Positions 10,701 through 19,700 of a DNA stretch of 64,000 nucleotides are shown here, one piece after another; the stretch's first letter is position 1; each line of letters starts with the position of its first letter. This DNA is from a virus (Duplodnaviria > Caudoviricetes): IMG/VR virus record IMGVR_UViG_3300032327_000792. One strand, given 5' to 3'. The notes beneath the pieces are model-generated. The model was given only the letters and a program-made list of their open reading frames with translations. It did no database searches and had not been told where the DNA came from. A program made the position numbers and the translations under genes.

Positions 10701-13700
10701 ATGTGTCTGGAGAATTTATTGACCCAACCAACTACAGTTATGCAGTCACAAGTAATTCCACTACACTGACAATCAATGCGGATATTGCCGTCGGTGAAGT
10801 TATTGAAGTTGACGCCATCAGTGATCAGACCAGTAAAGTGGCATTTTATGAAGTTCCTGTGAATCTTGAGAACAATCCACTGAATAAAAACAGTCCAACA
10901 TTCACGTTGGGTACAGTTAGATCTCATTATGAGACCATTGGCCAAAATCTCAAAGACATTGTTGGCCCAATCAACGGAGCAAACAACACACGCGATTTGG
11001 GCGATATAAGTCGCTATGGCACAAATATTCTACAACAAAGCTCGCCAATGACATTGGCCGGGTATTTCATGCGCAGCGAACAATACAATATATTCAACGC
11101 ATTGAATTTCAACAGCAGAGAATACGAGAAGTTCAAAGCTCAATTGTTGGATACCGCAGTTCGCAATGACTATACCAATTACACCATACCTGACATGCTG
11201 ACAGCAGTGATCAGCGACATCACCACTGGTCGTACACAATTCAATCCATTCTACTGGAGTGATATGTTGCCGGCCAGTTCGGTGTTCTCACAAACCACAA
11301 CAACGTACACTCCAATATCTACTCCGGTGTTTGATCTATCAACCACTTATGATTTCTCAAGCTCTAACTATCAAAGTGTATTGGTGTATGTCAACAATGT
11401 GTTGTTGACAGTTGGATACGACTACACCGTAGCGACCGATGGTCCAAGACTCACTGTTACGTCGCCATTGGCAGTGGGGGACGTAATTGTCATTAGAGAA
11501 TATGCCACTACCTACGGAAGTTTTGTTCCAAATACTCCAACCAAGTTGGGATTGTATCCAGCATTCAAACCACAGATATACTTGGACACTACCTATGTCA
11601 CACCAACGCTAGTCATACAAGGACACGACGGCAGCAAGACTGTGGCATTTGATGATTTCCGAGACAGTTTGTTGTTGGAGTTTGAAACCAGAATCTACAA
11701 CAACTTAAAAATTAAGTCGGCTATTCCTTTGCCGGCCGTTGAAGTTATTCCGGGACAATTTAGAACCACGGACTATACGTTAGCCGAAGTAAATCAAATT
11801 TTATCAACTGATTTTTTGAGTTGGATTGGGTGGAACAAGCTAGATTATAAATCTCAAGATTATAATGCATCCAACGAATTTACATGGAACTACATTGCAT
11901 CAGGCAACAAATTATCTGATACCACCGACATTAGAGAAGAAGCACCATTGCCAGCAGGTGCATGGCGTGGAATCTATAGGTACTTCTTTGACACTGATTA
12001 TCCAGACACACGTCCGTGGGAGATGTTGGGATTTACAGAAGAACCCGCCTGGTGGCAAGACATCTACGGTGCAGCACCATATACCAGCGGTAACTTGGTT
12101 CTATGGGATGATTTGGAGCTAGGTCGTGTGGCCGACCCAGCTGGAGAATATATTCTTCCTCAATATGCTCGTCCAGGCTTGAGTCAGGTAATACCAACTG
12201 GCGACGAAGGACAATTGTTGAGCCCGTTTGACACAGTGGTTGGATTGTACGACTCATCACAGTTCCAAAAGTCATGGACGTTTGGTGATGGCGGCCCTGT
12301 AGAAGCCACATGGTTCAAGAGTTCCAGTTATCCATTTGCCGTCATGAGATTGTTGGCGCTGACTCGACCAGCAGAGTTTTTCTCATTGTTTGTTGATAGA
12401 GATCTATACAAATTTGATACTGAGCTAGATCAGTATCTATACAACAATCGATATAGATTGGACGCCAACGGAGTTGAAGTCTACGGCAATGGTGTAAGCA
12501 AGGCCAGTTATATTGACTGGATTGTTGATTACAATCAGTTGTTGGGTCTTGATAGTACCACACGTTTGACAGCAGATTTAGCCAAGTTGGATGTACGTTT
12601 GTGTTATCGTCTAGGAAGTTTTACAGACAAACAATATCTCAAAATTTACACAGAGAAATCAAGTCCTAACAGTTTAAACTCCAGTTTGTTATTGCCCGAC
12701 GAGAGTTACAATTTATTGTTGTACAAAAATCAACCATTTGAAAGAACAGTTTACAGCAGTGTCATTGTTCAAGCAGTTGACGGTGGATATGCAGTGTATG
12801 GCTACAGTATTACTGATCCATACTTTGAAATATTGGCCAGCCGCACTTCAGGAACAAAAATAACCATTGAAGCAGGTGGATCAATTGTACGAGTTCCAAA
12901 CGAATACACAAAAGATGTTGTGCAGGTGCCCTATGGATACGTATTTGCAAATCAGACCGTTGTGGCCGACTTTTTGTTGAGCTATGGAGCATTGCTGGAA
13001 AGTCAAGGATTAATATTTGATAGTAGAGAAAACGGTCGTACTTTGAACTGGAATCAAATGGCCCAAGAGTTTTTGTACTGGGCTAATCAAGGCTGGCAGA
13101 CTGGCAGCGTTATCAATCTCAATCCCACAGCAACTTCATTGACTGCATTCAAGGAGCAGGCCATTGTTGACAGTGTGATTGCACAAACACCAGAAAATCT
13201 TATTTTAGATCAAAATAGAACCACATTGCCAGTTAGAGATCTAGTGGTAGATCGTTTTGAGAACGTATTTAAAATTTCAAGTTTGAGCAACCAAACAATA
13301 TCATACATTGATCTTAAGTATACCAGTTACGAAAGTATGGTAGTACTGGACAATGTCAGTATCTTCAATGATTTGATTTATGATCCGGCCACTGGTGCTC
13401 GTCAAGGTCGTGTTAATGTTTCTGCTGCTGTTAGCGCAGACTGGACTGGTCAATTGGATGCACAAGGATTTATACTTAACAACCGTGCTAGCGTTAAAAA
13501 TTGGGAACCAAATCGCAAGTATGCCAAGGGAGAAATTGTTCTCTATAAAACCAACTATTGGTCAGCACAGACAATTGTTCAACCCAGTGTAGAGTTCCAA
13601 TACAGCAATTGGGTCAAGAGTGACTACACAAAGATTCAAAACGGATTGTTGGAAAACATTCCCAACAAAGCCAATCAGTTGGCCAACAGTTATAACACTG

Positions 13701-16700
13701 TCACAGCAAACCTTGAAAGTGATCAAGACTTACTGAGCTACGGATTAATTGGATTCCGTCCAAGACAATATATGACTGCCCTGAATCTTGATGATGTCAG
13801 TCAGGTCAATGTGTACCAGCAATTCCTCAAAGACAAAGGTACCATCAGAAGTGTGCGTTTGTTGGGCAATGCAAATCTTCAAAAAGAAGTTGCTGAATAT
13901 GATATATTTGAAAATTGGGCCATTCAACGTTCTGCATATGGAGCCAATGCCAATAGAAGTTTCTTTGAGTTGCAATTAAATGAAGCATTGTTGGAATCAG
14001 ATCCAGCGTTGATTCAAGTGATTGAACCTCAACAAACTAGCCAAGCTGATCAAACAGTATTACTTGACAATATTTGGAGAGAAAGTTACAAACTTACTTC
14101 CGTCAACATATTGCCAACCACAACTACATCTGTACAAGATGCAGCATTGCCCACTGCCGGCTATGTAAACATTGATGATGTAGACGTTACAGTGTTCTCA
14201 TTGCTGGGTGATTTAGGAATTTCTCCGGCTGTGTTAGACACTGTGGGTGTGGGTACCACAATCTGGGCAGCCAAGAGCAACAGTTATGATTGGAATATCT
14301 ACAGATGCTCAGGAGTTCCTGGAAGAATTTTAAATATTTCTTCAAATCTTGATACCACAAGCACAGTGACATTCAGTCAACCACACGGGCTGAGTGTTGA
14401 CAGTATTATTATCATACGATATGTCAATGACCAAATCAACAATGTGTATCGTGTGCTGGCAGTGCCAGGAGCAACAGAAATTGTAATTCAATTACCAGTT
14501 ACTGTGCTGACTGGATTGTCAAACATTGCACTTCAGGGCATTGCATATAATTTACAAACAATGCGTGTGACTCAGGCCAGCGATGTTATTGACTTGCCAT
14601 ATGTTGATTCTTTATTGCCCGGGGCAAGAGCTTGGGTTGACAACAACGGTTCTGGACTTTGGGAAGTAATTGAAAAACAGGCACCGTTTACTGCTCACTT
14701 TGAAATGACCCCCAATGCGTTGGTTGCTAATACTCGCTATGGTGCCAGTATTGCACAAGGTATCAACAACATTATTGCGTTAGTTGGAGCACCAGCATAC
14801 AGCTCAACTGGCGCTGTCTATCCGTATCTACGAGACAGCGACAATCAATACGCCCAAAGTTCCTTGTTGCTTTTAGGTGCTACAGCCACAGCTGGCTATG
14901 GTAACGCAGTTGATATTGGCAACCAAGAGTGGTGTGTTATTGGAGCCAGCGAATCAAACAGTCAAACAGGTTACGCTGGAGTTGTTTATCGCGGTGCAAC
15001 TACCAATGCCTTTGAACAACGACAATTGCTTGTTGCACCATTTGGCGACTACAATGATGTATCTGAATTTGGTTATTCGGTAACAATCAGCCGCGATGAG
15101 CGGTGGATGTATATTGGTGCGCCAGCCGAGAACAAAGTATATGCATTTGGCAGAGTTGACACTGAAGACCAATCAGTAAAATACATTACGGACGGAATTT
15201 CTTTTTTGTATAATTACAGTGATTCAATTGTAATTGATAACAATTTACAACTCAATGTGATTTTAAACAATCAACTATTAACATTAGGAGTCGACTACAC
15301 TGTATCAGGAACTAATATTGCATTGGATAACACTCCACTTGCTGGACAAATACTTTTAATTATTCGTAAAACAGCGCAAAGCTATACTGGCAATGGAAGT
15401 ACCACTAATTTTAATTTAGAAAATTACTTGTACACTGTGGATAACAATGATTATTTTTCATTCTCTGTAACTGTCAATGGCGCTCTACAACGTCCTTACA
15501 TTGATTATACATGGGCCAGCGGAAGCATTACATTTATAACCGCGCCTATAAACCAAGCCGCTATTGTTGCAAATGCAAAAACTTATTTCTCACCAGTGGA
15601 AACCATCACTGTTGCTGGTCTAGCATCAGATGCAAGATTTGGACAAAGTGTTGCCACAACCACAGACGGTCGTCAAATTGTCATCGGTTGTCCCAACGAT
15701 ACTGTAGATACCATCAGCGATGCCGGCAGTGTTTACACCGTTGATCGTAGTGTGACTCGTGTGATTGTTTCTGATTCGGATATCACAACCTATACATTGC
15801 CATCAGGATTCCAGGCTCCGGTCAGTGTGTTGTTAAACAACACATTCTTGACCAATGCCGATCAATTTATCAATGGACAATTCACAGTGGTTGGGTCCAA
15901 CGTAGTGTTGGAAAGCAATGTTGAGTTGAATGTTGGAGATATTTTGGAATTTGAAAGCAACATATTCAACTCAATACAGAACTTCTCTGCTGATGCTCCT
16001 TTCCAGGCCTCAAACTTTGGTCAAACTGTAGACGTGTGTCCCAACAATTGCAGCGTGTACATCGGTGCCCCTCAGGATGGCACAGTATTACCAGAAGCAG
16101 GCAGCGTTGATCGTAGAGTCAATCAAGCAAGAATTTATGGAGTAATAACATCTCCATCTATGTCTGCGTATCCAACATTAGTTCCTGGGCAAACCATACG
16201 TATACAAAATACGCCTGTGACAGTGTCAACTCCTGACTCGTGGAACATAAATCTTGCCTGGAACAAAGATGATTTGGTAATCAACGGAGCAACAATTTAC
16301 AAAGCACTTAGAGCAGTGCCAATAGGAACAAACATTTTGGATGCCAGTTATTGGTTATCTGCAAGTTGGACAGATGTGTTGGCCAATGACATAGTATCAG
16401 CTGCGATTCCAAACATCACAGCATCTTCTACCAATGGACTGTTGACTATTAGTGTTGTCAACATTGAAGCTGCAGACGAACTCAATCGATTAACAGTGTT
16501 GCCAGGCACATCCGGCACAGCATTTGCCAATCTCGGATTTGACGTTTATGCATACACGCAAACCATTACAAGTCCTAATCCAGTGCCTAGTGCTGCTTTT
16601 GGCAGTTCTGTGTTTATTGACAGCGAAGCAGACAATTTGGTCGTCGGAGCCCCAGGCGGCAATTTGTATGAGCCTGTGACATTTGATGGCGGTTCAACTT

Positions 16701-19700
16701 ACTTTGACGACAACAGCACTCTGTTTAGTTCTACCATAATACAGAGCGGTGTGGTGTACACATTTGATTATTTGCCTAGCTCAACTGATTCAGTGTCTAA
16801 TCCGGGTCAATTTGTGTTTGGACAACAGGTATATGATAACAGTGTGTCGGCTCTGGATCAATGGGGCACAGCAGTAAACTATACTACTGGTAGATTATTA
16901 ATTGGTAGCCCGGGCAGCGATCTTGGTGACAGTACATTGAGTGAGTTGAATTATGGACGAGTAGGAGTGTTCAACAACATTGATCGTAAACGTGCTTGGA
17001 CAGTGATTCATCAACAACAACCAGTGGTTGACGTTTATTTGTTGAACTCTGTTTATATGTACAACAAACTACAGTCAAGTCAAACTCAGTTTTTTGATTT
17101 TATTGATCCATTGCAGGGAAAGATATTGGGCGCTGCTCGTCAAAACATCAACTACATCAGTGTAGCTGATCCTGCCAAGTATAATGTTGGTACAATTAAC
17201 AACAATGGCAATTTCTGGGCCGAAAGTCACGTGGGTGAAATTTGGTGGAACATTGACCGTGCAAGATTTATCGATCCCAATCAAGATGATATTGTGTATG
17301 CAAGCCGACGGTGGAATCAGTTATTCCCAGGATCAAGTATAGATATCTATCAGTGGATTGAAAGTTCAGTACCTCCGGCGACATACACCGGACCAGGAAC
17401 ACCGTTAGACACAACTAGTTATGTAGTAACCAGCAGATTAACTCCACAAGGCACGTTTGGCACACAATACTATTTCTGGGTCACAGGAATCAATACCATC
17501 AATACTAGTGCTGGAAAAACATTGAGTACCACCGGAATTGCTCGTTATATTGAAAGCCCAAGAAGCAGCGGAATTCCGTACATTGCTGCAATAAATGCCA
17601 GTACTGTGGCAATTTACAACGGGCTTGAGTTTATCTCAGCTCAAGATACAATATTGCACGTTGAGTACGATCGCGAATTCACTGAGAATAATATTCACAC
17701 AGAGTTTGAGTTGATTGCTCAAGATCGTCCCGACAGCTTTTTGAGTGATGGATTGTATCGTAAACTTCAAGACAGTTTTTGCGGAGTCAATACCACAGGA
17801 GCTCGGGTTCCGGATGCTACATTGAGTCCTCCAGAGCAATATGGTGTTCAGTTCCGTCCACGTCAAAGCATGTTTGTAGACCGCTTCTCTGCACTTGAAA
17901 ACTATCTTGTGCGTGCCAACGCAACGTTAAAAAATTACCCAATAGTAGAAACAAGAAAATTCACACTGTTGAACAGTCAAGAGCCAGAACCAACAGTGGC
18001 CTCTGGTGAATGGAACATGCGTCTGGCTAATATTGAACAACTTGGCTATCAGGATCTTCAAGAAGTTCCATTAGGTTACAAATATCTAATTGTCAGCGAC
18101 AGTACCAACAACGGCTTGTGGACAATCTACACAGTGATTGCCGGTTCTACATTGTTAGGTAGCCCAAACGTTACACAACTCAGTCGTGTCCAAACGTACG
18201 ATACACGCAAGTACTGGTATTATATTGACTGGTATCAACCTGGCTACAATTCTGGTATAATTCCAGTGGCAGAAGTTCTTAATTATGCATCATTGGCAAC
18301 TGTGACAGTATCTGTGGGTGCCAGTGTGAAAGTTACAGCAAACGCTCAAGGCAAATTTGAAATATATTTACGCACAGACATAGGATGGGATCGTGTTGGA
18401 TTACAAGACGGAACCATTCAATTCCGTGAAGAACTCTGGAATTATGCTGTGGGTCTCTTTGGTTTTGATGTTGAAGTATTTGATGCTCAGTATTTTGATT
18501 CTGAACCAGTGACCGAAACACGTAAGATTATTCAAGCAATCAACGAAGAATTGTTCATTGATGAACTAGCTATTGAACGTAACAGATTGTTGATCTTGAT
18601 GTTTAATTTTATATTGAGTGAGCAACAAGCACCGGAGTGGTTAATAAAAACCAGTTTGATCGACGTTGAACACAGAATTCGTGAGCTGATTCCTTTCCAG
18701 ATATACAGACAAGACAATCAAGAGTTTGTGCTAGATTATCTTCAGGAAGTTAAACCTTATCATGTACAGGTGCGAGAGTTTAATTTAGCATATAATGGTC
18801 AAGATATCTACTCTGGCATGATGACTGACTTTGATTGTCCGGCGTACTACAACATCAATCTGTTGATACCTCAGTATATAAGTCCAATATTGTTACCATA
18901 CACACAGAGTACAGCCATAGGAACTGGAACACCAAATGCCAACAGCGATACTGCGGCAGATGCGCAAATATGGACAGAGAATCCATGGAGTGAATGGTAC
19001 AACAATTATCTATTGAGTGTACAAGATACAACCGTGGTCGATGGCGGCGCAGGTTACACTGTAGAACCACAGGTAATAGTGACTGGCACAGCTATCACTC
19101 CGGCTGAAATGACAGCAATAATCAACACTGCTGGTGAAGTTATAGGCATCAACATTGTTAATCCGGGTGTGGGATATTCAACTGACGCAGTGATAACCTT
19201 TGTTGGTGGCAATGGTGTTGGAGCAAGAGCTGTGGCCGTGATGGGCAACGAGTTGGTTAGATCTATCAAAACCACAATCAAATACGATAGATATCAGTAC
19301 ACAAGTACCATTGTTGATTGGGAAGCCAACGTAAACTATGACAACGGTACACAGGTTAGATACAACAATGAGGTATGGCAAGCAGACAGCGGTGACAGCT
19401 CTGGAGTACAGAGTGCAACCTTTGATCCAGAAAATTGGTTGTTGGTCAACCCAGGAACACTTAGCGGAGTTGATCGTACACAAGGCTACTACACTCCTGG
19501 ACCCAATGAAATTGGACTAGATCTTCCATTGCTAATTGATGGGTTGGACTATCCGGGAGTGCAGGTATTTGGGCCATTGTTTAGTCAGAACACAGGATAC
19601 GATGTGGGCAACTTTGACATCAATCCGTTTGACAATATTAGTTTTGGTCCAGAAGGACGACCAACATATGATCCTGCTATCTTGGATGCCATCTATGAAA

